Of a DNA stretch of 64,000 bases, positions 48,360 through 57,714 are shown in pieces (position 1 is the stretch's first letter; each line of letters begins with the position of its first letter). This DNA comes from Candidatus Poribacteria bacterium (GTDB taxonomy: Bacteria; Poribacteria; WGA-4E; WGA-3G): positions 2,208,001 through 2,272,000 of the forward strand of contig OZ240248.1 of the NCBI GenBank assembly GCA_965198235.1, in the 5' to 3' direction. A program made the translations under genes and the position numbers. The notes below the pieces were generated by a model that was given only the letters and a program-made list of their open reading frames with translations, had not been told where the DNA came from and did not search any database.

Positions 48360-49406
48360 TTACAACTTCTCTCGGAGCATGTCCATCAGCCCATCGGGCG
48401 GTTCAAACGGGAGCTCGATAATCTCATTTGTTATCCCGCTGTAGTACATCCCTAAGATGAGGTTAAACTCAACGAGCGATTGCTTGAGATGCGTCGGATG
48501 CACAGTGTTCTCATCGTCTAACCAATCAAAAACTGCTTCGGTGAAGTTAGCCTGTGCGACGACATCTTGCTCTCCATAGTTAAGCGGACCGCTCTCATAG
48601 CCACCCTCCAAGGTTGTGCGTTCCCAACTGTTGAACCGCCAATGCACGAAGCCCTTCGTTCCAGCAACAAAAACACGTTTGTGTCCGTAGATACCCGGGT
48701 CATCGGATGCCTTTTGTGCCATCTCTGTTCCAAATGCGAGAGAAACATGGAGACCGTTCTCATACAAAGCATGCCCGACAGCATGCGTCGGAGACGGATG
48801 CCCCCCAGGAGCAAAATTTAAATTCTCGCTTCCAGAGATTTGCCCAAGAATCCGCACCGGACGCAAGTTGTCGATGTAGGAGGACACCAACTGTAGCACA
48901 TGTCCTCCCTGCTCGGCGGTTCTGCTGCGCGCACTGGCATCAATGAACCTAATCTCGCCGATCCGTCCTTCCACGACATCTTTTTTTAACTCCAGATTTT
49001 TCGGATGGAAGTCGAGTTGTGTATTGACGACGAATTTCGTTTTCGTCTCTTCCGCTAACCCCGCAATCTGTTTCCAATCTTCGCTTTCAATGGCAACCGG
49101 TTTCTCAACAATTGCCGCTGGCACACCGTGGTCGGATGCCTGTTTCATCAACGGGTAACGGATACGTTTGTTGCTACTCGGAACCACAGGGCTTGTGACG
49201 ATGTGAAGAACATCAGGTTTCTCTTTTTCAAGCATCTCATCCAAGTCGGTGTAGCGTGAAGAGATACCGAAGTCATCCCCGAATGTGTTGAGTCGTTCTT
49301 CGTTCATATCGCAGATTGCGGCGAGTTTCCCGCGTTTGACGAAGCGATACGCATCTGCGTGCCCACGGGCGCGACCCCCGCACCCTAACATCGCTGTTTT
49401 ATACAT
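48360..49406 (-). CDS. Gfo/Idh/MocA oxidoreductase, tandem paralog 1
   Basis: Start trimmed to MYKTAMLG. Most divergent of the four copies. Confidence 0.9.
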   Translation of the reverse strand: MYKTAMLGCGGRARGHADAYRFVKRGKLAAICDMNEERLNTFGDDFGISSRYTDLDEMLEKEKPDVLHIVTSPVVPSSNKRIRYPLMKQASDHGVPAAIVEKPVAIESEDWKQIAGLAEETKTKFVVNTQLDFHPKNLELKKDVVEGRIGEIRFIDASARSRTAEQGGHVLQLVSSYIDNLRPVRILGQISGSENLNFAPGGHPSPTHAVGHALYENGLHVSLAFGTEMAQKASDDPGIYGHKRVFVAGTKGFVHWRFNSWERTTLEGGYESGPLNYGEQDVVAQANFTEAVFDWLDDENTVHPTHLKQSLVEFNLILGMYYSGITNEIIELPFEPPDGLMDMLREKL

Positions 49407-49520
49407 CGGAATGTCTCCTATTGGAGGTATCATCTATCATCAGTTTTGCCATTAGATTATCAGAGAGATATGTTTTTGTCAAACCTTATTAAATTCTTGA
49501 ACCTCGTCAGGAAAAACAAT

Positions 49521-49549
49521 TTGACCTCTGCCCTAAAATATGCTAACAT
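49521..49549 (+). promoter_or_regulatory. Sigma70-type promoter of the STAND locus
   Basis: TTGACC-17 nt-TAACAT with an extended TG. Confidence 0.45.
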
Positions 49550-49644
49550 ATTGCTATGAAACACTGTTGATGTACTAAACTAATTTTGAGAAGATATATC
49601 TATTCTATTGTTCAACCTGCTGCCGCCATCAAAGGGAAATTCCA

Positions 49645-52600
49645 ATGAAAAAAGTGTTATCAGACTACATAAAAACAAAGGAAGACTTCGATCGATTCTG
49701 CAACCTATTCCTGAAAAAAGAGGTGTCTCCCTTCGTTAAAGTGTACGACGCGCCAGGTCGCGATGGCGGAATTGATGCAGACTACACCGGAGTTTATAAG
49801 AAAAGGGACGGCACCTGGATCTTCCAATACAAATTTTTTGACCCAACAATAGATAAGGGACGTGCCCGTAGCCAACTCATTTCCCAAATGAAAGGTGGCA
49901 AACGTAAAAAGGGTGAACTCGACAAAGCCGATGCCTTGCAGTGTGATCACTACGTTCTCATGACCAGTACCTTACTTACTGCTGGTAACAAGCGTAAAAT
50001 TGAGGACCTTAAAAACGAGAAAGAATATACGTTTTCGTTAATCTGTTGGGATGCAGAAGACCTCATCGCGATGACTGATGAGTTTCCTTACCTCTTAAAT
50101 TCATTCCGAGATCCCTATCTACCCGTATTTCTTCCTTGGCAGGACATGTTCCGAGATCAAACTACGGGTAAACATCAATTGTTAAGATACGACTATGAAA
50201 CCTTCGGACGCGAGGATGAGATACGTCAATTTCAAACCTTTGTTCGAGACCCAGACAAAAGACTACTCATGGTATACGGTAGCGGTGGCATAGGAAAAAC
50301 CAAGCTCGCTATTGAGTTTGCAAAAACAGTTGAACAAGAGCACACAGATTATGAGCCTCTCTTTGTTCAGATGGCTGGAGACAGTTTTGAAAGTGCTCTT
50401 GCAGATATTCCTCCCAATCGGAACTACGTCTTTTTTATAGACGATGCACATGACTTGATTGACCACCTTGGGGGCATCAACATAATTCTGAACAGTTCTG
50501 GATACAGCGAATCCAAAGCAGTGATCATAACGCGGAAGCCGTTTAAAGCGTCTTTGGAGGGTTGCTTCCTAACCGCCTTACCGGATGATGCGGTTGATGA
50601 ACTTGAAATCCGAAAACTTTCTCTGGAGGAAACGAAGGAATTCATCCGCACGTACACGCGTATACCCGACGGTTCGCTTTTAACAGGGTTAGCACAGATT
50701 GGACGAGATACGCCGCTGATTGCTGCTATGGTGATAGATTCTCTCAATAAAGGACTCGATTTGAGGGATTTAACAACAAAGGATAAATTGGTTGAACTTA
50801 CGTTTGAATCCTATCTAAATGATATCTTCAGCAAACATCTGCCAAGATCCGACAAGCGGCACCGAAAATTGCTGGACTGGCTTAGCGGGATTGCATCCAT
50901 TGACACAGAAGACAACCGAATACGCGATAAATTGGCTGAAATCTTAAAAGTGGAGCCTTATGAGATAGAGCAATACCGCGATGATCTGAGAGCATACGGC
51001 TTGCTTCTTCAGTTTGGGCGAAAACAGCGTGTCTTTCCCGATGTGCTCAGTGATTATATTTTACGGAAAGCGTGCTTTCTCTCCGATGGGAGACCGTCTT
51101 CTTTCCACAAAAGTCTGTTGGATGATTTTTTGCCTCTTCTCCCCATCAAAGTAATCATCAATCTTGCTCGCGTGGAAAACATCACTGGTGAAAAAAATCT
51201 TCTTGATGAACATGTTGATTCTCTGAAAACCCGAGTAGAGGAAGGTGATAATGTTGTTCGCGAGCATATCTTGGAGCAGATGGAAGGCATCAGTTATTTT
51301 CGTCCAGATGATGCAACTGAAATTTTCAATATTATCTTCGATAACCCTAAAGAAGATTATGTGAGGCACTATAGGGGATGGACATCCATACGAACCCATC
51401 AAGATTTGATAAAGAAGGTTGCCAAAGAAGTACAGAAAACAGTCAATACGCTCTCTGGATTTACGAAGACCCTAAAAATAGTCCGCAAACTCCTGCTGAT
51501 GGGTGATTTGGAGCTTCCAAATCACGATTCGCCGCAAGAGTTGTTGAAAAGGATGGCAGGTTTCCAAACGAGCAAACCCAGCGTGTTTCAAACGAGGGTG
51601 ATTGAATCGTTTGAGGTATGGGAAAAGGAAGATGAACCTGAACTAAGTTTGGCTCTACTCAACGCTCTTGACTCACTTCTCGTGTTGGATTTCAGTGAAA
51701 CTTTCAGTGAAGGCAGTTCTTTGAAGTTTGATTGGCACCATTTAAATTATACACCTGAATTGAGTCAACTCAGAGCGAAGGCGATTAACCTAATTGAGCA
51801 TTGCCTGAGAACATCTCAACATAGTACCGTCAAAGCAGAAGCGATAGGCTCTATTAGTCGAGCGATAAATCCTTTGGAAAGCTCATTTCGGCAGGGAATT
51901 GCAGAAGAGGAACAAGCTCTCTTACAAGAGGATCAGACGCGACTCTTCAACATATTAGCTGATCAAATGTTAAAAGAATCCGATTTTACTGTTCTTAATG
52001 CAATAGATCGGTGTCTTCATGGATATACAGAAAACACATATTTAGGCGGTTTTCCGAAAGAGAAGGCAGCGGAATTACTTGCTAAATTTCACGAACATGA
52101 AAATTATGAAAGGTACCACTTCTATCGTCAATTTACTGGGAAATTCCGAGACTGGGAAGCGAGTGAGAGTACTGAACAAACTCAGGCGTTCTTGGAAAGT
52201 TATATCAAGAAATACACATCTACACAACTCTCATGTCTAATGCAAGAATGTATAGAAGTTGCTGAACAAGGGAAAGAGTACCGAAGTACCAGAGATGGGA
52301 TCTGGTCAGAAAAAGGGTGGAATCCTGGAAGTGCGACATCGCTGCTTCACTCTATCGGTAAAATTGACCCTTCCTACGGGGTTGATTTACTGTATTGCAT
52401 TGTTGCTTGGCAAACAGATGAATCGCATTGTGCTTCAGGTTTACTCAATGGCATTCGCTGTTCTGACAAGGATAAAGCCCTTGAAGCAACCCGCCGTCTT
52501 CTAAATCAGGATACCATCTTTGCCAAACACATCGTCGCAAGAAGTTATTCTTGGAGAAGCAAAACTGACCAAGATTTTGGCAAAGAAGATCTGTCCATTT

Positions 52601-53565
52601 TGGATCAATTGTCTAAAACGCCAGATTCGCAATTGCCTCTGTATATAGCCGAAAGTCTTCCGAATTTCTATGTTGTGGATGCGAATACTGTCCTTGAAAT
52701 TTTGGTAAGACTGTCAAGTGATGAATCACCTATGGTTACGAGGCAAATCATCCACGCTCTCACCGGTAAAGAACTTAAATTCTCACCACAAAACCACTTG
52801 GAAAAATACAAGAAAGTGATGCGTAATTGTGTTCGTTTAGAACGCATTGATCATGATGCTGAACGAATTCTACACACTATCTTCAGGCATGAACCGATCT
52901 GGGTTATCAAATTTTTTGAGGAGCGAATTGCTTACAAAGAGAATGAATCTAACCGCTACAATTCAATTTCGGATCGACCATCTGAGTTGTTTAAGTTTGA
53001 CGCGGTCCCCCATCGGCCATACTATCTATTTGAGGGTGTGGATTGGAATAATCAAAACGTGCTTGGAGCCTTGAAACGTGTGAGGGATTGGGTTCTTCAT
53101 ACCTCAAACCTCTTGAGATTTGAGGCACCCAACTTGCTTACATCTATGCTCAGTGAAACGCGTAGCAGTAAAGTCAAAATTAATCCGGCAATGAGGAAAC
53201 TCCTTGGGGAATGGATAGACTCAAAAGATTTAGAACTGATGAGAGAGGCTGCTTATCTGATGAGGGGATTCGACCCAGACACCGTCTTTTATTCCCTTGC
53301 GGAATTGCTTGTCATAAAAAGCAAGGGCGACAAACAAGTGCAAGGTGGAATCATCGCTGCACTTTCCTCGGGGGTTTACTCGAGAAGCTTCGGTGAGCCT
53401 GCACCGCATCTTGTGAAACGTATCAAAGACCTCGAAGCGTTACGGGATAGAACACAATCGCTGATTTTTAAACAATTCGCCGAAGATCTCATAGAAATGA
53501 CAGAACAAGATATTGAAATACAAGCACAAGAAGATGAAGAGTTTCTTGAAGGGGAAGAATGGTAA
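49645..53565 (+). CDS. Restriction-endonuclease-like (Mrr-type) nuclease-STAND NTPase with long helical C-terminus; putative anti-phage protein
   Basis: N-terminal 'FDRFC...GRDGGIDA...IFQYKF'. Walker A 'GSGGIGKT', Walker B 'FFIDDAH', 'GRDTPL', 'FPDVLSDY'. Confidence 0.8.
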   Translation: MKKVLSDYIKTKEDFDRFCNLFLKKEVSPFVKVYDAPGRDGGIDADYTGVYKKRDGTWIFQYKFFDPTIDKGRARSQLISQMKGGKRKKGELDKADALQCDHYVLMTSTLLTAGNKRKIEDLKNEKEYTFSLICWDAEDLIAMTDEFPYLLNSFRDPYLPVFLPWQDMFRDQTTGKHQLLRYDYETFGREDEIRQFQTFVRDPDKRLLMVYGSGGIGKTKLAIEFAKTVEQEHTDYEPLFVQMAGDSFESALADIPPNRNYVFFIDDAHDLIDHLGGINIILNSSGYSESKAVIITRKPFKASLEGCFLTALPDDAVDELEIRKLSLEETKEFIRTYTRIPDGSLLTGLAQIGRDTPLIAAMVIDSLNKGLDLRDLTTKDKLVELTFESYLNDIFSKHLPRSDKRHRKLLDWLSGIASIDTEDNRIRDKLAEILKVEPYEIEQYRDDLRAYGLLLQFGRKQRVFPDVLSDYILRKACFLSDGRPSSFHKSLLDDFLPLLPIKVIINLARVENITGEKNLLDEHVDSLKTRVEEGDNVVREHILEQMEGISYFRPDDATEIFNIIFDNPKEDYVRHYRGWTSIRTHQDLIKKVAKEVQKTVNTLSGFTKTLKIVRKLLLMGDLELPNHDSPQELLKRMAGFQTSKPSVFQTRVIESFEVWEKEDEPELSLALLNALDSLLVLDFSETFSEGSSLKFDWHHLNYTPELSQLRAKAINLIEHCLRTSQHSTVKAEAIGSISRAINPLESSFRQGIAEEEQALLQEDQTRLFNILADQMLKESDFTVLNAIDRCLHGYTENTYLGGFPKEKAAELLAKFHEHENYERYHFYRQFTGKFRDWEASESTEQTQAFLESYIKKYTSTQLSCLMQECIEVAEQGKEYRSTRDGIWSEKGWNPGSATSLLHSIGKIDPSYGVDLLYCIVAWQTDESHCASGLLNGIRCSDKDKALEATRRLLNQDTIFAKHIVARSYSWRSKTDQDFGKEDLSILDQLSKTPDSQLPLYIAESLPNFYVVDANTVLEILVRLSSDESPMVTRQIIHALTGKELKFSPQNHLEKYKKVMRNCVRLERIDHDAERILHTIFRHEPIWVIKFFEERIAYKENESNRYNSISDRPSELFKFDAVPHRPYYLFEGVDWNNQNVLGALKRVRDWVLHTSNLLRFEAPNLLTSMLSETRSSKVKINPAMRKLLGEWIDSKDLELMREAAYLMRGFDPDTVFYSLAELLVIKSKGDKQVQGGIIAALSSGVYSRSFGEPAPHLVKRIKDLEALRDRTQSLIFKQFAEDLIEMTEQDIEIQAQEDEEFLEGEEW

Positions 53566-54371
53566 ATTTAACGCACGAAGCCAGTCTCCTTCAAAAAATT
53601 GAGGATCTAGCTACAAACCGAAAAATCCAAATCACCGTAGGGTTAACTGCTCAAGATGCCGAAACTAAAATTCAAAAGTTGATTCCAACAACCCATCAAC
53701 GACTCAACGCGGCAAGGTTTTATCTGGATTTGATGGGGAGTGTGGACTATACCCCCTATATTATGAGCAGATTCTCTCTATCCACAGAGCAAAAACCGTT
53801 AATTGACTTTTCGGATAACGACCTCCATGTTCAAATTAACCTGTTAAACCCTGACACTTTTCCGTTGGTTGTTTTTATCGTTCTGCACGGTTTCTTTTCC
53901 AATATCGTTAGCTCCGACGATTGTGTGGCAAAAGTCATCAACATCGTTTACGGTCTACTTAAAAATGATCGTAACGGTTCCAAAATACGTCAAGAGTTAG
54001 AAAACAAAATACCAAATGGTCTTCTGACCCGGCATTTACGCAATTTTCATCTGGTGAGCCGGAGTGGAAATTCGGACCAAATAGGTTTTTCTTTTAGTAT
54101 CGCGAAGCAAATCAGGAATCAATTGACACATGATCACATAAACGATTTGGTAGATTTTCCAACTATTTTTGATCTCTCAGGGCCCTTGGAGGGTTCAACC
54201 TTCAAGCTACATTTCAATCCTGAATTTTTCCCCGCCAATATCTCTCGTGGAAACACTGAACTAATTACCTTTTGCAACAGCGTATTTAAAGAAACAGTAG
54301 GTTTCGTAGATGAGTGCTATAGGCTAATTCTCGGCAAACTCCAGCATAGTGGTGTTCTCCCGGTTTTATGA
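53559..54371 (+). CDS. Putative HEPN-domain protein
   Basis: Overlaps the STAND stop (ATGGTAA). Helical protein with an R-N-x3-H motif 'RNQLTH'. Confidence 0.55.
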   Translation: MVNLTHEASLLQKIEDLATNRKIQITVGLTAQDAETKIQKLIPTTHQRLNAARFYLDLMGSVDYTPYIMSRFSLSTEQKPLIDFSDNDLHVQINLLNPDTFPLVVFIVLHGFFSNIVSSDDCVAKVINIVYGLLKNDRNGSKIRQELENKIPNGLLTRHLRNFHLVSRSGNSDQIGFSFSIAKQIRNQLTHDHINDLVDFPTIFDLSGPLEGSTFKLHFNPEFFPANISRGNTELITFCNSVFKETVGFVDECYRLILGKLQHSGVLPVL

Positions 54372-54394
54372 TTCTCCGATTTCCGTAATCGCTG

Positions 54395-55435
54395 TTAAGA
54401 GGCGATGTAAACTTTTTCACCACTCTGTGCACTGTCGTAGAATGCGTCCAAGATTTGCATAAAGGTATATGCATCGGGTGCTGCGACATCTGGTGCGACC
54501 TCGCCTGCTATCGCCATAGCGAAGTGGTTGAGTTCATAGTAGAAGACGTGGACCTCTTCAGGGAGTTCACCGTGGTCGATTTCGAGTGGTTCCTCAACGG
54601 TTTCTCGGACGAATTCGCCATCTTTAAATCGTGCTATGCCACCGTTCGTGATTGCGCCGATGGTGCCGTAAAGTTCAACGACGCTGGCGGAGTCGGAGTG
54701 GCTCATCCGGGAACAATCGATCTGGATGGTTTTTCCGCCTTCACATCCGAGTATGCCGGTGAAATAGTCCTCTGCCGGTCCCTCCGGTCCATCGTACTGG
54801 GGGTAAAGTACGTGCTTAGCGGCAAACGCCCACTCCGGTTTCGGACACCCCATCCACCACCAAGTAAGGTTGAGTTCGTGCGAATAGTGTTGCCCTAACG
54901 AACCGCCCTTCTGCCCGTAGACGTGTAGCCATCGACTGTTGATATCGAGTTGTGGAATGAAGTTGTATTTCCCGAAGACGCGAGCGTGATACAGATCTCC
55001 GATCGCCCCGTTTAGGACAGCGCGCCGAATCTTTCGGTTGTTCGGAAAGTGGCGCATAAAGTAGCAGAATTGCAGTGTTTTCCCGGCTTGTTGTGCGGCT
55101 GCTTCCATCTCTAAGATTTCGGGTGCGCGGATTGCGTGCGGTTTTTGCACTAAGACGTGCTTACCAGCACTGAACGTATCCAGAACTTGTTGTAGTCTGC
55201 CATCTGGGGAAGTCGCGAGATAGACGGCTTCAACGTCAGGGTTGTCAAGGAGTTCCCGATAGTCGGCATAGCGGTGTGGTACTGCATTGTCATCACCCGC
55301 CTGTTCTCGACGGACTGGGTCGCGTTCTGCGATTGCAATAACGTTCAGTCGCGAGGTGGCATTAGCGGCGTTGATCGCTTGACAGCCTGCCCATCCACAG
55401 CCAACGACTCCAAGTTGAATGAATTGGTTCGTCAT
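54395..55435 (-). CDS. Gfo/Idh/MocA family oxidoreductase
   Basis: 'GVVGCGWAG', 'GKHVLVQKP'. Confidence 0.9.
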   Translation of the reverse strand: MTNQFIQLGVVGCGWAGCQAINAANATSRLNVIAIAERDPVRREQAGDDNAVPHRYADYRELLDNPDVEAVYLATSPDGRLQQVLDTFSAGKHVLVQKPHAIRAPEILEMEAAAQQAGKTLQFCYFMRHFPNNRKIRRAVLNGAIGDLYHARVFGKYNFIPQLDINSRWLHVYGQKGGSLGQHYSHELNLTWWWMGCPKPEWAFAAKHVLYPQYDGPEGPAEDYFTGILGCEGGKTIQIDCSRMSHSDSASVVELYGTIGAITNGGIARFKDGEFVRETVEEPLEIDHGELPEEVHVFYYELNHFAMAIAGEVAPDVAAPDAYTFMQILDAFYDSAQSGEKVYIAS

Positions 55436-55486
55436 AAGGTGTTGCCTCCGATACTTCTCTGGAAACGTACGAGAGAGACATCGTGC

Positions 55487-56278
55487 CTAAAAGAGTTGTG
55501 ATAACTCTAAAATACTATCAAGCACCCATGTCGGTTTCGCAACGGGGTTTTCCAAATGATTGGGTTTAAATTTCCCAGTCCTAACGAGGATACTTCGCAT
55601 CTGCATTCTTTCCGCCCCAACTATGTCGGTGGTAATATCATCACCTACCACAATTACGTCCTTTGGAGCGAGTTGAAGATTATTGAGCACAGTTTTGAAG
55701 AACGTCTCACTCGGCTTTCCCATGATTGTCGCTGTTTTGCCCGCAGCAGCCTCCAGCAGCGTCACGAACGCGCCGCAATCCAAGAGTATCCCTTCAGGAG
55801 AGAACCAATAGAGCGATTTCTGGAGCGCGATCAATTCCGCTCCATCCATCAACAGGCGGAAAGCGTGATTTAAAGCGTGAAAGTCAAAGCCTTCACCGTA
55901 GTCCCCAACAATGACAAAGTCGGGGGCATCGTCGTCTGTAGGTATCTCCTTGAAAAATGCTTTGACGGCATCATCGACCATAAAATGGCAACTTACCTCA
56001 GGCTGTGAGCGTAAGTAGAGGAGACACGCGTAAGTCGCATTAAAAATTTCATCTTCGTAGATGTCAAATCCCAATTCTTGCATCTGCGCGTGAAGCATCT
56101 TTGGGGTTTTGGCAGTCGTGTTTGTCAGAAATCGGAGTTGATATTTCTCCTGACGCAAGTAGTTGACGACTTCGATTGCTCTGGGGCAAGGTTTGCCCTT
56201 AAAATAGAGCGTCCCATCCAAGTCAATCAAAAAAGCCTTCGGAGGCGTTGCGTTCAGCTGCTGCGTTGTATCTGTCAT
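55487..56278 (-). CDS. HAD-IIA hydrolase (LHPP/HDHD2-like)
   Basis: 'DLDGTL', 'LTNTT', 'GKPS', 'VGDDITTDI', 'RTGKF'. Confidence 0.9.
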   Translation of the reverse strand: MTDTTQQLNATPPKAFLIDLDGTLYFKGKPCPRAIEVVNYLRQEKYQLRFLTNTTAKTPKMLHAQMQELGFDIYEDEIFNATYACLLYLRSQPEVSCHFMVDDAVKAFFKEIPTDDDAPDFVIVGDYGEGFDFHALNHAFRLLMDGAELIALQKSLYWFSPEGILLDCGAFVTLLEAAAGKTATIMGKPSETFFKTVLNNLQLAPKDVIVVGDDITTDIVGAERMQMRSILVRTGKFKPNHLENPVAKPTWVLDSILELSQLF

Positions 56279-56281
56279 GTG

Positions 56282-57475
56282 TTACGGTTCGATAACTTTA
56301 TAGTGTTCCACTTGCCCGCCGCTGATTGTTTGGATTGTGAGGCTTTTAACAGGATGACGGTTTTCATCGTAATGCGAAATGGTTGTCGCACCTTTGTAAC
56401 CGCTGACTGCAGCGAATGCGTCGCGGACCGCATCCCGGTCAAGTGAACCCGCTTTTTCTATTGCGCGTGCCAAGAGTCGCATCGCATCGTAACCCGACGC
56501 GGCGACACCATCCGGTGGACTCTCAAACAGTGCCGTGTAACCTTTCACAAATTCTTGAACATCCGCATCCTGTGTTGCCACAGAGAAATTGGTCGGGTAA
56601 TAACTACTATCCAACGCAGTATTATCGTCTAAGATGCTGAGAAATCGTTCTCTGTCATCCCACGCACTACCACCGATAAAGGTCGCTGTGATGCCGAATT
56701 GACGTGCTTCACTAATTAAGAGTGGGACCTCTGGCTGATGGCCGGGACAGAAGATAACGTCTGGTGTCGCGTCATGAATTTCTGAGAGTAGCGTGGTAAA
56801 GGAGGTATCGCCTGCAGAATAGGCACCACTGTGAACGATTTGACCACCGATTTCCTGAAAAGCTGCTTCAAACGCTTCGACGAGATCGATGGAATAGACA
56901 TCGCCCTCTTCGTAAATTGTCGCTGCCGTTTTGGCATCAAGCTCGTCAGGATTCATCGCGAAACTTGCCATCACTTTCCCTTGAAAAGGGTTTGGCACCG
57001 TGATTAGGAAGATATAATCTCCGATTTCTGGTACATTTGATCCGCTTGCACCAGGAAGCATGAGCCGCTGTGTCTGCTGCGCAATCGGACCGACCTCAAC
57101 AGACATAGTAGAACGAACGGGACCTAAGAGCGCAAAGACGTTCTCCATATCAATTAGTTCTTTCGCGGCATTCACACTTGCTTCCGGTGTTGGAAGTGTG
57201 CCCGCCACGGGTTGATTATCTCGAGTGATAAACACTACCTGCCTGCCAAGCACCCCTCCATTTTCATTAATTTGGACACGAGCGGTCTCAGCACCTTGAC
57301 TAAAGGTAGTGTAACTGTGTGACGGCTGAATTACGCCGATTTTTAATGTCGCTTCGGTTGGAGCGGTGGTCGCGTCGGGCTGAACTACTTGGTTGATACG
57401 GTCGCACCCTAATAGGTAAATACTTAGAATAGCAGATAGAATAACCGAAGTTAAAATGAAAATTCTCGCGCGCAT
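56282..57475 (-). CDS. Branched-chain amino-acid-type ABC substrate-binding lipoprotein
   Basis: AAGGAG RBS, 'LLGC', 'INENGGVLGR', 'GYDAM', 'YKGAT'. Confidence 0.85.
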   Translation of the reverse strand: MRARIFILTSVILSAILSIYLLGCDRINQVVQPDATTAPTEATLKIGVIQPSHSYTTFSQGAETARVQINENGGVLGRQVVFITRDNQPVAGTLPTPEASVNAAKELIDMENVFALLGPVRSTMSVEVGPIAQQTQRLMLPGASGSNVPEIGDYIFLITVPNPFQGKVMASFAMNPDELDAKTAATIYEEGDVYSIDLVEAFEAAFQEIGGQIVHSGAYSAGDTSFTTLLSEIHDATPDVIFCPGHQPEVPLLISEARQFGITATFIGGSAWDDRERFLSILDDNTALDSSYYPTNFSVATQDADVQEFVKGYTALFESPPDGVAASGYDAMRLLARAIEKAGSLDRDAVRDAFAAVSGYKGATTISHYDENRHPVKSLTIQTISGGQVEHYKVIEP

Positions 57476-57625
57476 AATGTAGTGTTCTCCTTTTGGCAAA
57501 AAATAGAAAATGTTTGAAAAATATTTAGATTTGTGGTAACCTCTTATCCAACAAAAACAATAACAGACTCCACCGATTTTGTCAAGTTTAGAAACATATC
57601 CTTTTAAGAGCGTAAACAAAAGCGC

Positions 57626-57714
57626 GTAGCCTGCAACAACGGCGCAGGCGACTCGAACGCGAAAACCGTCAAAGTCCAAATTGCCGTTACTGCTCCGCAA
57701 GGAAAAATTAAAAA
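57626..57714 (+). repeat. Dispersed GTAG-hairpin repeat abutting a start codon
   Basis: GTAGCCTGC...GCAGGC ACTCGAACGCGAAAACCGTCAAAG...CTCCGCAAGGAAAAATTAAAAA-ATG. Shares its body with 39655-39720. Confidence 0.8.

Noticed and set aside
45006-49406. Diversity-generating retroelement or assembly duplication explaining the Gfo array
   Set aside because: No reverse transcriptase in the window; differences include indels and many synonymous changes at all bases; the spacers are unrelated.
49400-54400. Defined mobile element or prophage around the STAND locus
   Set aside because: No integrase, transposase, tRNA or flanking direct repeats were seen. Only the compositional difference suggests horizontal origin.
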